Position numbers and translations under genes: made by a program. This document shows, piece after piece, positions 35,176-45,502 of a stretch of DNA of 64,000 nucleotides. The notes under the pieces are model-generated. The model ran no database searches, was not told the origin of the DNA, and saw only the letters and a program-made list of their open reading frames with translations. Each line of letters begins with the position of its first letter. Position 1 is the first letter of the stretch. Source of the DNA: a virus (lineage: Duplodnaviria > Caudoviricetes); IMG/VR virus record IMGVR_UViG_3300025889_000115, positions 30 to 64,029 of that record; one strand, written 5' to 3'.

Positions 35176-36451
35176 GATTCCCTACAAGCCTCGCGCCTTA
35201 CAGGCAGAGATGCACAAGGAGTTGAAGAGATGGAATGTGTTGGTGATGCACCGCCGCTTCGGCAAGACGGTGTGGGCAGTGAACCAGCTAATCAAGACGA
35301 CGCTGACCTGCCCGTTGCCTCGACCGAGGACGGCTTTTGTAGCTCCTACCTTTGCTCAGGCGAAGCGAATAGCGTGGGACTACGTCAAGTTTTACGCGGG
35401 CGTGATTCCAGGCGTGACCTTTAACGAGACAGAACTGCGGGCTGACTTTCCGAATGGTGGCAGGATTATGTTGCTGTCTGCTGAGAACCCTGATGCCCTT
35501 CGAGGAATATATTTGGATGAGTGTGTCTTCGATGAGTTCGGGATGCAGAACCCAAGGGTGTGGGGGGAGGTTGTGAGACCGGCCTTGTCTGACAGGCAGG
35601 GGTCGGCATGTTTTTTGGGAACCCCGGCGGGCCACAACCATTTCCATGATTTGCTAGAGACGGCCAAGAGTCAGTTGGCAGAGAACAGCAGCGATTGGTA
35701 TTTTAAGATTTGCAAGGCGAGTGAGACGGGCATCGTCAGGCCGGAGGAATTGGAAGCGGCTCAGGTGCAGATGACGCCGGAGCAGTACGAGCAAGAATAC
35801 GAGTGTTCGTTCACAGCGGCTATTATTGGTGCGTATTACGGCAAGCTGCTGACAGATGCAGATGACAATGGCCGTATAACGCGAGTGCCATATGACCCGG
35901 CCTATCCTGTGCATACGGCCTGGGACTTGGGCATTAACGACTCGACAGCCATTTGGTTTGCGCAGGTCTTCCGTGGCGGTGCAGTTAATATAATAGATTA
36001 TTATGAGAGTAGTGGTGTGGGGCTGGACCACTACGCTGATGTGCTGAACCGCAAGGAGTACACCTATGGGGACCATCTGGCACCGCATGACATCGAAGTG
36101 CGGGAGCTAGGCTCCGGCAAGTCACGGCTTGAGACTGCGTATTCGCTAGGTCTGAGGTTTCGTGTTATACCTAAGATGAAGGTCGCAGATGGCATTAACG
36201 CAGCGCGTATGTTAATACCTAAATGCTATTTTGACCGCGACAAGTGCGGCGAAGGCTTGGAGATGCTCCGGCAGTACAGGCAGGAATGGGATGAGAAGCG
36301 TAAGATTTTTAGAGACCATCCGCGACATGACTATACGAGCCATGCTTCGGATGCTTTCCGCTATCTCGCGACTGGCTTGGAGAACCGAGAGGTTATGCGA
36401 AAGCCTCCACAGCAGGTTGCGCAAAGCGAATACAACCCCTTCACGCTATAG
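35165..36451 (+). CDS. terL: Terminase large subunit
   Basis: Walker A HRRFGKT, APTFAQAK, Walker B FDE, nuclease WDLG. Confidence 0.96.
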   Translation: MDVKIPYKPRALQAEMHKELKRWNVLVMHRRFGKTVWAVNQLIKTTLTCPLPRPRTAFVAPTFAQAKRIAWDYVKFYAGVIPGVTFNETELRADFPNGGRIMLLSAENPDALRGIYLDECVFDEFGMQNPRVWGEVVRPALSDRQGSACFLGTPAGHNHFHDLLETAKSQLAENSSDWYFKICKASETGIVRPEELEAAQVQMTPEQYEQEYECSFTAAIIGAYYGKLLTDADDNGRITRVPYDPAYPVHTAWDLGINDSTAIWFAQVFRGGAVNIIDYYESSGVGLDHYADVLNRKEYTYGDHLAPHDIEVRELGSGKSRLETAYSLGLRFRVIPKMKVADGINAARMLIPKCYFDRDKCGEGLEMLRQYRQEWDEKRKIFRDHPRHDYTSHASDAFRYLATGLENREVMRKPPQQVAQSEYNPFTL

Positions 36452-36460
36452 GAGAGACTG

Positions 36461-37165
36461 ATGGCTAGCTCAACAAGTGGTGGCAGCACCGGGGGCGTTA
36501 GCCGCCAGCCAGCCACAATCAAGGCAAAGGCAGGGACAAAGCCTGGCGAAGAGGGACGCTACACGCTGCCTTCAACCGGCACTATCAAAACGACCACGAT
36601 GGACCCTGACAAGCTCACAGCTAAACGCCAAGAACGTGCTGCGGCTATTTCTGAGCGTGGCGGTGGCGTAGGTGCTGAAAAGGATTATGAACGTGAGTCT
36701 TCTATATCTGAGCTTAAAGGCCGGTTAAGGGAAACACTCCCTGGGTTTTTAGGCGGCATGAGCCGGGTTAGCCTTGAAGGACAGATTTCTGCTTTGGAAG
36801 AGGGTGCAACCCCGGTCAAGATTGAAACCCCTAGCGGCGATTTTTTGACTGTTGGGACTGTCACAGGAAAAGGCGACTACATAGGCCGCGCTGAGTACGC
36901 CGACATTGCAAAAGAGGCAGCCAAGGGTACAACGACAACCCTTCCGTTTATTGAAACTACGGTAGAGGCAGCAGAAGAACGTGCAGCAGCCCTACGCGCA
37001 GAAGAAGAGCCTTCTACCATTATTACCCCAGAGGTTACGCCAGAGGTTACACCGGAAGCTGATGCAGCCATGCTTGGCGAAGGCGAAACAACTCGTCGCC
37101 GTCGTGCAAAACGCGCTGGCGCTGCCGGTACCCTGCTTGAAGGCGGCGGTGTTCTTTATGAATAG
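36461..37165 (+). CDS. Hypothetical virion-associated protein with PEVT repeats
   Basis: C-terminus homologous to 981..1424. Confidence 0.7.
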   Translation: MASSTSGGSTGGVSRQPATIKAKAGTKPGEEGRYTLPSTGTIKTTTMDPDKLTAKRQERAAAISERGGGVGAEKDYERESSISELKGRLRETLPGFLGGMSRVSLEGQISALEEGATPVKIETPSGDFLTVGTVTGKGDYIGRAEYADIAKEAAKGTTTTLPFIETTVEAAEERAAALRAEEEPSTIITPEVTPEVTPEADAAMLGEGETTRRRRAKRAGAAGTLLEGGGVLYE

Positions 37166-37174
37166 GAGATTTAG

Positions 37175-37381
37175 ATGAGCTTTTTGACTCCATCCATGCC
37201 AACCCCACCTCCCCCGCCACCTCCTCCGCCGGAGCCGGATATTGGCCGTGCGCGTGTACTGGCTGAAGAGGCAGAAATGGAAGCCCGTAGTCGCCGCAAG
37301 GGCCGAGGCTCAACCATTGTCGCTGGTGCGCTGGGGGACACTGTCCAGCCTACTAACGGCAAACCAACATTGATGGGTTAG
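37175..37381 (+). CDS. Small poly-proline virion protein
   Basis: Homolog of 2396..2605. Confidence 0.8.
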   Translation: MSFLTPSMPTPPPPPPPPPEPDIGRARVLAEEAEMEARSRRKGRGSTIVAGALGDTVQPTNGKPTLMG

Positions 37382-37383
37382 AT

Positions 37384-38973
37384 ATGGCACAGGAAGCAGC
37401 CCCGCTAATCAAGCGGTTCGATTCTCTTAAAAGCCGCCGTGATAATTGGGACACCCACTATCAGGAACTGGCTGACTACATGCTGCCTCGCAAGGCGGAC
37501 ATCGTGAAGAAACGCTCTCGCGGTGAAAAGCGCATGGAGTTGATTTACGACGGCACTGCGTTGCAATCCATCGACCTGATGGCCGCTTTCCTCCATGGCA
37601 TGCTTACCAGCGGTGCATCGCCTTGGTTTCATCTGGACATCAAAGATGAGGCGCTGAATCGGGACGATGACGTGCGCGAGTGGCTGCAAGACACCAGCAT
37701 GCGCATAATGCAAGCCTTCCAACGCTCAAACTTTGAGACTGAAGTCCACGAGGCGTATGTGGACCTTGTGGTGTTTGGCACCGCTTGCATGTTTGCTGAG
37801 ATGGACCGTGACAAGCTGCGGTTTAGCACACGGCACATTTCTGAATACTACGTTTCCGAAGACCAGTACGGCATGGTCAACACCGTGTTCCGTATGTACA
37901 AGTCCACCGCAGCACAGGCTGTGGAGCGCTTTGGCTTTGATAACGTCGGTAGCTTCATCCAAAAGAAATTTGAAAAGACTCCTGATGAGGAAGTCGAGAT
38001 TCTGCATGCTGTCCTGCCACGCATTGCGCGGGATGTGACAAAGCAAGACAATCTCAACATGCCGTATATGTCGGCCTATGTTTGCAAAAGCACCGGTATG
38101 ATTATTTCAGAAGGTGGCTTTGAAGAGTTACCTTATGTCGTGCCGCGCTTCCTGAAGGCAACCGGCGAGACCATGGGCCGTTCTCCGGCCATGACTGCAC
38201 TGCCCGATGTGAAAATGCTGAACCTGATGTCCAAGACCATCATCCAGGCAGCACAAAAACAGATTGACCCACCGCTTCTGGTTCCTGATGACGGCTTCCT
38301 GCTGCCTATCCGCACCCAGCCTGGTGGCCTCAACTTCTTCCGTGCTGGCACTAGAGAGACGATTACGCCACTGAACACGGGCGCAAACATTCCGATTGGC
38401 CTGAACATGGAAGAGCAGCGCCGTGCTGCTATCCGCCAAGCGTTTTATGTTGACCAGATTATCAGTGCTGGCTCCGCGCAGATGACTGCGACAGAGGTTA
38501 TACAGAGGCAAGAAGAGCGTATGCGCGTCATTGGCCCTGTGCTGGGCCGTTTGATGAACGAGCTTCTTCGTCCGCTGATTGACCGTGTGTTTGCGCTGAT
38601 GTTGCGCAACGACATGCTGGCACAGCCACCAGAAGTGTTGCAGGGATTGGATATTGATATTGAGTACGTTTCGCCTCTGGCACGCGCTCAAAAGTCCAGC
38701 AGCCTGAACAACACCATGCGGGCGCTTGAGATTCTCCTGCCGCTGGCTCAAAGCCTTCCGGTCGGAGACCACATCGACCCTGACGGACTTGTCCGGCATG
38801 TGACCGACGCGCTTGGCGTTCCCAAGAAAACCCTTCGCTCTCAGCGTGAGGTTGACGAGACACGGCAAGCACGGGCGCAAGCAGAGCAAGAAGCTATGCA
38901 ACGGCAGCGTGACCAAGAAGATGTCTACACAACCGCGCAAGCCGCGCAGGCAGTCAGGATGGTGGGACAGTGA
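37384..38973 (+). CDS. Portal protein
   Basis: Close homolog of 2608..4194. Confidence 0.95.
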   Translation: MAQEAAPLIKRFDSLKSRRDNWDTHYQELADYMLPRKADIVKKRSRGEKRMELIYDGTALQSIDLMAAFLHGMLTSGASPWFHLDIKDEALNRDDDVREWLQDTSMRIMQAFQRSNFETEVHEAYVDLVVFGTACMFAEMDRDKLRFSTRHISEYYVSEDQYGMVNTVFRMYKSTAAQAVERFGFDNVGSFIQKKFEKTPDEEVEILHAVLPRIARDVTKQDNLNMPYMSAYVCKSTGMIISEGGFEELPYVVPRFLKATGETMGRSPAMTALPDVKMLNLMSKTIIQAAQKQIDPPLLVPDDGFLLPIRTQPGGLNFFRAGTRETITPLNTGANIPIGLNMEEQRRAAIRQAFYVDQIISAGSAQMTATEVIQRQEERMRVIGPVLGRLMNELLRPLIDRVFALMLRNDMLAQPPEVLQGLDIDIEYVSPLARAQKSSSLNNTMRALEILLPLAQSLPVGDHIDPDGLVRHVTDALGVPKKTLRSQREVDETRQARAQAEQEAMQRQRDQEDVYTTAQAAQAVRMVGQ

Positions 38974-39170
38974 AAGACATCGAAAAGCTGAAGCATATGT
39001 ACACCGAAACCTTCAACAGCGAAGCTGGGCAGAAGGTTCTCAGAGACCTTGAGGCGCGTTCAAACTGGCGGGCCTTGAGCTATGTGGCGGGTGACCCCAA
39101 TGCCACAGCCTTTGAAGAGGGCAAACGTGCCGTTCTTCTTCACATCCACAACATGATGACACAGGAGTAA
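38970..39170 (+). CDS. Small conserved protein (Bbp19-like)
   Basis: Homolog of 4191..4391. Confidence 0.75.
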   Translation: MKDIEKLKHMYTETFNSEAGQKVLRDLEARSNWRALSYVAGDPNATAFEEGKRAVLLHIHNMMTQE

Positions 39171-39172
39171 CT

Positions 39173-40039
39173 ATGTCAGAGGAAGCTATCGAACAGGTAG
39201 CCCAGTCTGAAGCTGCACCGGCAACTGATGCCGGGACTATGCTGGAAACCCCAGCGGAAGTAGCACAGGGCGGGTCTGGTAACGATTTCTTGCAAACAAT
39301 ACCGGAGGAACTGAGAGACCATCCAAGCCTCTCACCAATTAAAGACGTAGAGAACCTTGCGAGGTCTTACGTCAATGCGCAGCGCCTGATTGGTGCTGAC
39401 AAGATTCCAGTCCCCGTAAACCCAACCGACGAGGATTTGGACAATATTTACAACAGGTTAGGTAGACCAGAGACTGTTGATGGCTACGAGATTGCTGTCG
39501 ATGGTAACGTAGTCACGGAGGAGGTGGCTCAGTCTTACGCTGACATAGCGCACAAACTGCGCCTGACACCTGACCAGGCCAGCGGCATCATGGACTACTA
39601 TCGCAGCATGGCTTCACAAGCCTCTGAGATGTCAGTCGAGGCTGAGACGCAGCAACGTAGCCAGACAGAAATGGAGTTGCGCAAGGAGTGGGGCGACGAC
39701 TTTACCGCCCGGATTGAAGACGCTGGTAAAATTGCACAGCAGTTTGGCGGCGGTGAGTTGCTTGAGATGCAGCTTGCTAATGGCACCAAAGTGGGCAACC
39801 ACCCTGATTTCATTAAGGCATTTGCAAAAATGGCTGAGTTCAGGCAAAGTGTGACTAGTGAAGACACCGTTTCTGATGCACCGACAGGGAGCATGGTGAG
39901 TCGTCAATCAGCGCAGCAAGAGATTGATGCGATTATGAATGACAAGTCACATGCGTATTGGGACCGCAAGAACGTGATTGGCCGCCAACAGGCCATTGAG
40001 CGTGTGCAAGATTTGATGGGTGTGCTACATGGAACATGA
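39173..40039 (+). CDS. Capsid scaffolding protein
   Basis: Homolog of 4394..5230. Confidence 0.85.
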   Translation: MSEEAIEQVAQSEAAPATDAGTMLETPAEVAQGGSGNDFLQTIPEELRDHPSLSPIKDVENLARSYVNAQRLIGADKIPVPVNPTDEDLDNIYNRLGRPETVDGYEIAVDGNVVTEEVAQSYADIAHKLRLTPDQASGIMDYYRSMASQASEMSVEAETQQRSQTEMELRKEWGDDFTARIEDAGKIAQQFGGGELLEMQLANGTKVGNHPDFIKAFAKMAEFRQSVTSEDTVSDAPTGSMVSRQSAQQEIDAIMNDKSHAYWDRKNVIGRQQAIERVQDLMGVLHGT

Positions 40040-40271
40040 TGATGTGGTCCAAGTGCGCCTTGAGTGCTTACGTTACGCGATTGAGTTTGGAACCGCGCGT
40101 GACGTTGTAGACCCCGCCCGACTCGCGGATAAATACTTCGAGTGGGCGATGCAGGGTAGCGGGGAAACCCGTCCTGCCGACAACCGGAAAGACGGTGGCC
40201 GCAAGCAGGTCCGAAAAGCTAGGAGTGTCCGAGAGGGTAGCACACCGGAATCTAGTGCAACTGTAACGTAG
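40029..40271 (+). CDS. Small hypothetical protein overlapping capsid leader
   Basis: Homolog of 5223..5477. Confidence 0.65.
   Translation: MEHDDVVQVRLECLRYAIEFGTARDVVDPARLADKYFEWAMQGSGETRPADNRKDGGRKQVRKARSVREGSTPESSATVT
40151..40247 (+). promoter_or_regulatory. Putative structured RNA element upstream of major capsid gene
   Basis: GNRA-capped hairpins (GAAA, GAGA); near-identical to 5339..5435. Confidence 0.55.
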
Positions 40272-40284
40272 AAGGAGAGACATT

Positions 40285-41178
40285 ATGTCTACTCAAGTAA
40301 CTACGGCGTTTGTACAACAGTATTCTGCGAATGTGCAGATGCTTGCACAGCAGATGGGTTCCCGTCTGCGTGACACTGTGCGCATCGAGAATGTTGTTGG
40401 CAAGAACGCCTTTATCGACCAGGTCGGAGTAGCAACTGCGCAACTGCGTAGCACTCGCCACGCCGACACCCCTCAGATGGATACGCCACATGCGCGTCGT
40501 CGCCTGAGCCTCGCATCGTATGAGTACGCCGACCTTATCGACGACCAAGACAAGGTCCGTATGCTCATCGACCCAACCTCGTCCTACGCTCAGGCCGCTG
40601 CTGCTGCCATGGGCCGTGCCATGGACGATGTTATCATCACTGCATTTGATGCTGCTTCCAACACTGGTGAGACCGGTTCGACTTCGACCGCTTTCGACAC
40701 CAACCAGGATGTTGCGGTTTCTGTCGGTGGTGCTGACACCAACATGAACCTGACCAAGCTGCGCGAAGCCAAGAAGCTGCTGGACCAGGCTGACGTTGAC
40801 CCTTCGATTCCTCGCTACATCGTAATGGGTCCAAGCCAAATCCACGCACTGCTTGCTGACACCAGCGTTACCTCTGCCGACTTCAATACTGTCAAGGCTC
40901 TGGTACAAGGTGAAATCAACCAGTTCATGGGCTTCAACTTCATCATGTCGAACCGTCTGTCGGCTGACGCCAACAACGTCCGTACTTGCTTTGCCTGGGC
41001 CGAAGAAGGTCTTGCGCTTGGCGTTGGTAAGGATGTGTCGGCTCGTATTGATGAGCGTGCGGACAAGGGTTATTCAACTCAGGTCTATTACTGCATGGAT
41101 ATCGGCGCTACACGGATGCAAGAGAACATGGTTGTTCGCATCAAGTGTGACGAAGATGACCTTGACGGCGCAGCGTAA
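40285..41178 (+). CDS. Major capsid protein
   Basis: Homolog of 5477..6376. Confidence 0.93.
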   Translation: MSTQVTTAFVQQYSANVQMLAQQMGSRLRDTVRIENVVGKNAFIDQVGVATAQLRSTRHADTPQMDTPHARRRLSLASYEYADLIDDQDKVRMLIDPTSSYAQAAAAAMGRAMDDVIITAFDAASNTGETGSTSTAFDTNQDVAVSVGGADTNMNLTKLREAKKLLDQADVDPSIPRYIVMGPSQIHALLADTSVTSADFNTVKALVQGEINQFMGFNFIMSNRLSADANNVRTCFAWAEEGLALGVGKDVSARIDERADKGYSTQVYYCMDIGATRMQENMVVRIKCDEDDLDGAA

Positions 41179-41191
41179 GGGAGATTGAGAG

Positions 41192-41671
41192 ATGACAACC
41201 AAAAACTCTGACCTCATCGCCAACCTTGAGGCACTCCCGCAGGTAGCAAATGCAGCTTCTGAGCTTGGCGGCCGCGTCCGCATTGCTCAGGGCAACGTGG
41301 CACTTGCTGCAACCGACACTAACGATGACGACATCGTTATGCTGGCTCCTGTTCCAACCCATGCGACCCTCGTGTCTGTCCGTGTAGGCTCTGATGCCTT
41401 GGGCGGCTCCTGCGCCTACAATGTTGGTTTCTACACCAACGCTGGCGTGGTTGTGGACGAGGACGCTCTGGCCACTGCTGTTGCCGATGGCGCTGGCGTA
41501 GCGGAACTCCGTTACGAAGTGCTTGACCTCAACACCACTGGTCAGCAGGTCTGGGAACTGGCGGGTCAAAGCTCTGACCCAAGTGACGTATACTACGTTG
41601 CTGCCACGTTCAGTGCCGAAGGCGCTTCCGCTGGTGACATGGCGTTCATCATTGAGTACGTCGTAGACTAA
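41192..41671 (+). CDS. Probable capsid decoration protein
   Basis: Diverged homolog of 6391..6888. Confidence 0.7.
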   Translation: MTTKNSDLIANLEALPQVANAASELGGRVRIAQGNVALAATDTNDDDIVMLAPVPTHATLVSVRVGSDALGGSCAYNVGFYTNAGVVVDEDALATAVADGAGVAELRYEVLDLNTTGQQVWELAGQSSDPSDVYYVAATFSAEGASAGDMAFIIEYVVD

Positions 41672-41677
41672 CTAGAT

Positions 41678-41707
41678 AAGGGGGGCGGCTTGACACCGCC
41701 CTCCTTT
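41678..41707 (+). terminator. Rho-independent terminator
   Basis: AAGGGGGGCGG-cttgaca-CCGCCCTCCTTT. Confidence 0.7.
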
Positions 41708-41730
41708 GCTCCAATCCGAGGGCCGGGTAG

Positions 41731-42081
41731 GTGGAGTTCAATAGAGATTTTAGGTACGACTTGAAAGTCGGGCAGATGGCGGAAAGCTGGTTAGCCGACA
41801 TACTCATGTCAAAAACCATTGAGATTAAGAGGGACTTCAAGGCTTCACGAACCGGCAAGGTGTTTGTGGAGTTTTTTTCTAGGGGAAAGCCGTCAGGTAT
41901 ATCCACTACTGAGGCAGATTTCTGGGCGTTTATTGTGGACGGCGAAACTGTGGTAATATTACCCACAGAACGACTCAAGGCTCTTGTGCAAGAAGCGAAG
42001 GACGAGGGCAAGATTTGGAAGGGCGGCGACTCGAATACGAGCCAGGGCGTCCTTGTTAATTTGGAAAGGTTAGTAAAGTAA
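41731..42081 (+). CDS. PD-(D/E)xK-like nuclease-fold protein
   Basis: Homolog of 6950..7300. Confidence 0.6.
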   Translation: MEFNRDFRYDLKVGQMAESWLADILMSKTIEIKRDFKASRTGKVFVEFFSRGKPSGISTTEADFWAFIVDGETVVILPTERLKALVQEAKDEGKIWKGGDSNTSQGVLVNLERLVK

Positions 42082-42677
42082 TGCCATCCGTAGTGGACAT
42101 CTGTAACGAGGCAATGGACCTGTTGGGTGCAGCTACAATTACTGCACTTACCGAAAACTCTAAAGAAGCCCGGCTGTGCAACCGCAGGTTTGAAACTGTT
42201 AGAGACGCTGTTATACGAGCGCATCCTTGGAATGTAGCGATTACCCGCGCCTCGCTTGCCAAAGACTCAGAGACTCCGGCCTTCGGGTTTGCTAATCAAT
42301 TTACTCTCCCAACCAACCCGTATTGCCTTCGCGTGTTGTCGTTTTGGAACAGCAACATCGACAGCGACGTAGCCCCGTATGACAGTGAGGTCATGTTTAA
42401 GATTGAAGGCCGCAAGGTTCTTAGCAACGAGGGGACTTGCAAGATTACTTACTTAGCTAGGGTTACCGACACAGAAACATACGACCCTCTGCTCTCCAGC
42501 ACTATTGCACACAAACTGGCCGCAGAGACGGCCTATGCTATTACAGGCAGCACAACGGTAAGCCAGTCCATGCAACAGCTATACGAGTTGCGGCTGCGTG
42601 AAGCCCGTTCTGCTGATGCTATGGAGGGTATGCCTGACAAGCTGATTGCAGATGACTTCATAAACATCAGGTTCTGA
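42081..42677 (+). CDS. Tail tubular protein A
   Basis: Homolog of 7300..7896. Confidence 0.9.
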   Translation: MPSVVDICNEAMDLLGAATITALTENSKEARLCNRRFETVRDAVIRAHPWNVAITRASLAKDSETPAFGFANQFTLPTNPYCLRVLSFWNSNIDSDVAPYDSEVMFKIEGRKVLSNEGTCKITYLARVTDTETYDPLLSSTIAHKLAAETAYAITGSTTVSQSMQQLYELRLREARSADAMEGMPDKLIADDFINIRF

Positions 42678-42678
42678 T

Positions 42679-45087
42679 ATGGCCCGCGTTTCAACTATTG
42701 TCACAAACTTTCAAGCGGGCGAGTTTTCGCCGCGCCTTGAAGGCCGTATTGACCTGCAAAAGTATAACTCCGGCGCACAGAAGCTGGAGAATATGCTTAT
42801 CTTCCCACAGGGTGGCATCACTCGCAGACCAGGCACCAAGTATGCTGGCACGTCAAAAGACGGTGGCAAGGTGCGGCTCATCGACTTCCAGTTTAGTGAC
42901 GAACAAGCCTATGTCCTTGAATTTGGGGCAAATTATATCCGCTTCTTCAAAGACGGTGGGCTGCTGACAGAAGCAACCAAGTCCATCACTGCCGCAACAC
43001 AGGCTAACCCTGTTGTCGTTACGGCTAGCACTCACGGCTATTCCAATGGTGACCGCGTGTTCATCAAGGATGTCGCTGGCATGGTGGAGTTGAATAACCG
43101 TGAATTTACGGTTGCTAACAAAACGACCAACACCTTCGAGCTTTCCGGCATCAACGGGACTGGCTTCACGGCCTACACCAGCGGCGGCACATCCGGCAAG
43201 ATTGTAGAGGTCACGACCACCTACACAGAAGCACAGGTCTTCGAGCTAAATCATGTGCAGTCTGCTGACGTTCTGTATCTTGCACATAAGGACCATGAGC
43301 CAGCAAAGCTGACCCGCACGACAACGACAAGCTTCACGCTGACGGACATCGACTTTGTTGACGGCCCGTGGCTGGATGAGAACACCACAGACACTACGAT
43401 TTACTTTTCTGCGGAAACAGGCACAGTGACGGTCACTGCCTCTGCTGACGTCTTTAGCTCCGATGATGTAGGCCGGTTTATTCGCACTCGTGAAATCCTT
43501 GAGATTGCACATGACGAGTGGGCGGCGAGTACGAGCTATGCTAACAATGCAACGGTCAGGTTTGGCGGGCATGTCTATAAGAACGTAACCGGCAGCACCG
43601 TAAGTTCGGGGAATACGCCGCCTGTGCATCTGACCGGCACAGAAACTTACGGGACTATTGATTGGGAATACCGGCACGACGAGTTTGGTCATGTAGAGAT
43701 TACGGTTTTTACTAGTGCCACCGAGGTTACTGCTGTCGTGCATGAAGACCAGTATGGAAACTCAACGCTACCAGACAGTTCTGTCGGCTCCTCCAATGCC
43801 AACACCCGCTGGTCTCTCGGTGCATTTGGCGGCGACCAAGGCTTCCCACGCGCTGTAGCGTTCTACGAGGAGCGCCTGTACTTTGCTGGCACAACAGGCC
43901 AGCCACAAACCATCTTTGGCTCTCAGACTGCTGACTTCGAGAACATGACACCCGGCCTGAACGATGACGATGCAATCAACGTTACCATCGCATCGGACCA
44001 AGTGAACGTCATTAAGCACATGATTCAGGGCCGCTTCTTGCAGCTTCTGACAACAAGTGCAGAGTTCACACTGTCAGGTGGTACCGGCACCCAGCCAGTT
44101 ACGCCGACTAACGTGAACGTCCTTCGTGAGACAACCTTTGGCTCATCTGACGTGCGCCCTATCCGCGCTGGCTCCAGCACCATCCTTATTCAGAAGGGGC
44201 AGGAGAAGGTCAAAGAGGTCACATTCGACTTGGACACTGACGGGCTTGTAGGGCGTGACCTTACAATTCTAGCGGAGCATATTGCCCGTGGCGGTCTGAC
44301 CGACATGATTTGGCAGCAGGAGCCGGAGCTTATCCTGTGGTTTGTGCGCACAGACGGGGTTCTTATCGGCCTTTCATATGACCCACAAAACCAGACTATT
44401 GGGTGGCACACTCACCCAATGGGGGAGTCTGGGGTTGTGGAGAGTATAACGGCTATACCTAGCGGCGCTGAGGACCAGGTTTACTTGTCGGTCAAGCGCA
44501 CCATCGACGGTTCTGTTGTGCGCCACATCGTGTTCATGGAGAATATCTACTTCGGCACAGACGTCTCGGATGCTTTCTATGTAGACTCCGGTCTGACATA
44601 TGACGACACCGCCACGACCACGATTACCGGCCTGAACCACCTCGAAGGTGAGGCGGTGCAGATTCTAGCTGATGGCGCGGCACATGCTGACAAGACGGTT
44701 AGCGGTGGTGCGGTGACGCTGGACCGCAGCGCAAGCACGGTGCATGTGGGTTATTCCTACGATTCTAAAGTTCAAACGCTGCGCATGGAGGGCGGGGCTG
44801 ACGACGGGGTATCTCAAGGCAAAATCAAACGCATCCACGGGGCTACCATCCGGTTCCTCGACACGGTGGGTGCTGAGATTGGGCCTGACGAAGATAACCT
44901 GGACCGTCTGCCCTTCCGCGACAGCAGCATGGCCATGGATGAGGCCGTGCCAATGTTTGATGGGGACAAGGAGATTTCGTTCCCGTCAGGTTATGACAAC
45001 GACGCCAGAGTTTTCGTTAGACAGACGCAGCCCCTGCCTATGACCATTCTGGCAGTTATGCGGAGGTCTAACACATTCGATGCTTAA
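42679..45087 (+). CDS. Tail tubular protein B
   Basis: Homolog of 7899..10307; both 802 aa. Confidence 0.92.
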   Translation: MARVSTIVTNFQAGEFSPRLEGRIDLQKYNSGAQKLENMLIFPQGGITRRPGTKYAGTSKDGGKVRLIDFQFSDEQAYVLEFGANYIRFFKDGGLLTEATKSITAATQANPVVVTASTHGYSNGDRVFIKDVAGMVELNNREFTVANKTTNTFELSGINGTGFTAYTSGGTSGKIVEVTTTYTEAQVFELNHVQSADVLYLAHKDHEPAKLTRTTTTSFTLTDIDFVDGPWLDENTTDTTIYFSAETGTVTVTASADVFSSDDVGRFIRTREILEIAHDEWAASTSYANNATVRFGGHVYKNVTGSTVSSGNTPPVHLTGTETYGTIDWEYRHDEFGHVEITVFTSATEVTAVVHEDQYGNSTLPDSSVGSSNANTRWSLGAFGGDQGFPRAVAFYEERLYFAGTTGQPQTIFGSQTADFENMTPGLNDDDAINVTIASDQVNVIKHMIQGRFLQLLTTSAEFTLSGGTGTQPVTPTNVNVLRETTFGSSDVRPIRAGSSTILIQKGQEKVKEVTFDLDTDGLVGRDLTILAEHIARGGLTDMIWQQEPELILWFVRTDGVLIGLSYDPQNQTIGWHTHPMGESGVVESITAIPSGAEDQVYLSVKRTIDGSVVRHIVFMENIYFGTDVSDAFYVDSGLTYDDTATTTITGLNHLEGEAVQILADGAAHADKTVSGGAVTLDRSASTVHVGYSYDSKVQTLRMEGGADDGVSQGKIKRIHGATIRFLDTVGAEIGPDEDNLDRLPFRDSSMAMDEAVPMFDGDKEISFPSGYDNDARVFVRQTQPLPMTILAVMRRSNTFDA

Positions 45088-45502
45088 TATACGACCATAC
45101 AAACAAGAAGATGTGTACGACATCGAGTTGGATTACGAGTTCGACAGTGCTTCTCGTGCAGGGTTACTGGGTCATAACGAGATAGTTGCCTACACGCTTC
45201 TAGACGATGACAAGGTAATGGCTGTCGGCGGTGCGCACGTTATGTGGTTTGGGGCGGGGGAAGCATGGGTGCTGGTATCGCCGGAGTGCCTTGGCAAGCC
45301 AGCATCCTTTGCCCGTTATGCAAAAAAGCTGTTTGATAGTATATTGCAAGACACAGAGCTACGCAGGGTGCAAGCCAGTATTCATGTAGATGATGACCGG
45401 GCATACAGGTTCGCAGAGTGGCTTGGGTTTGAGAACGAGGGCGTGATGCGCAAGTACGGCGTTGAAGGTGACGATTATTACAGAATGGCGAGGGTGGCGT
45501 AA
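45080..45502 (+). CDS. GNAT-fold protein (gp13-like)
   Basis: Homolog of 10300..10722. Confidence 0.8.
   Translation: MLNIRPYKQEDVYDIELDYEFDSASRAGLLGHNEIVAYTLLDDDKVMAVGGAHVMWFGAGEAWVLVSPECLGKPASFARYAKKLFDSILQDTELRRVQASIHVDDDRAYRFAEWLGFENEGVMRKYGVEGDDYYRMARVA

Larger units (their letters stand above)
1..35480. mobile_element. Podophage genome unit A (circularly permuted, ~35.5 kb; T7/HTVC010P-like virion module, no recognisable polymerase or integrase)
   Basis: Complete gene cycle terL-portal-capsid-tail-lysis-early genes-terS-terL. Position 1 aligns to 35481 (terL stops at 971 and 36451, offset 35480). The exact A/B boundary lies somewhere in 30648-35480. Confidence 0.9.
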
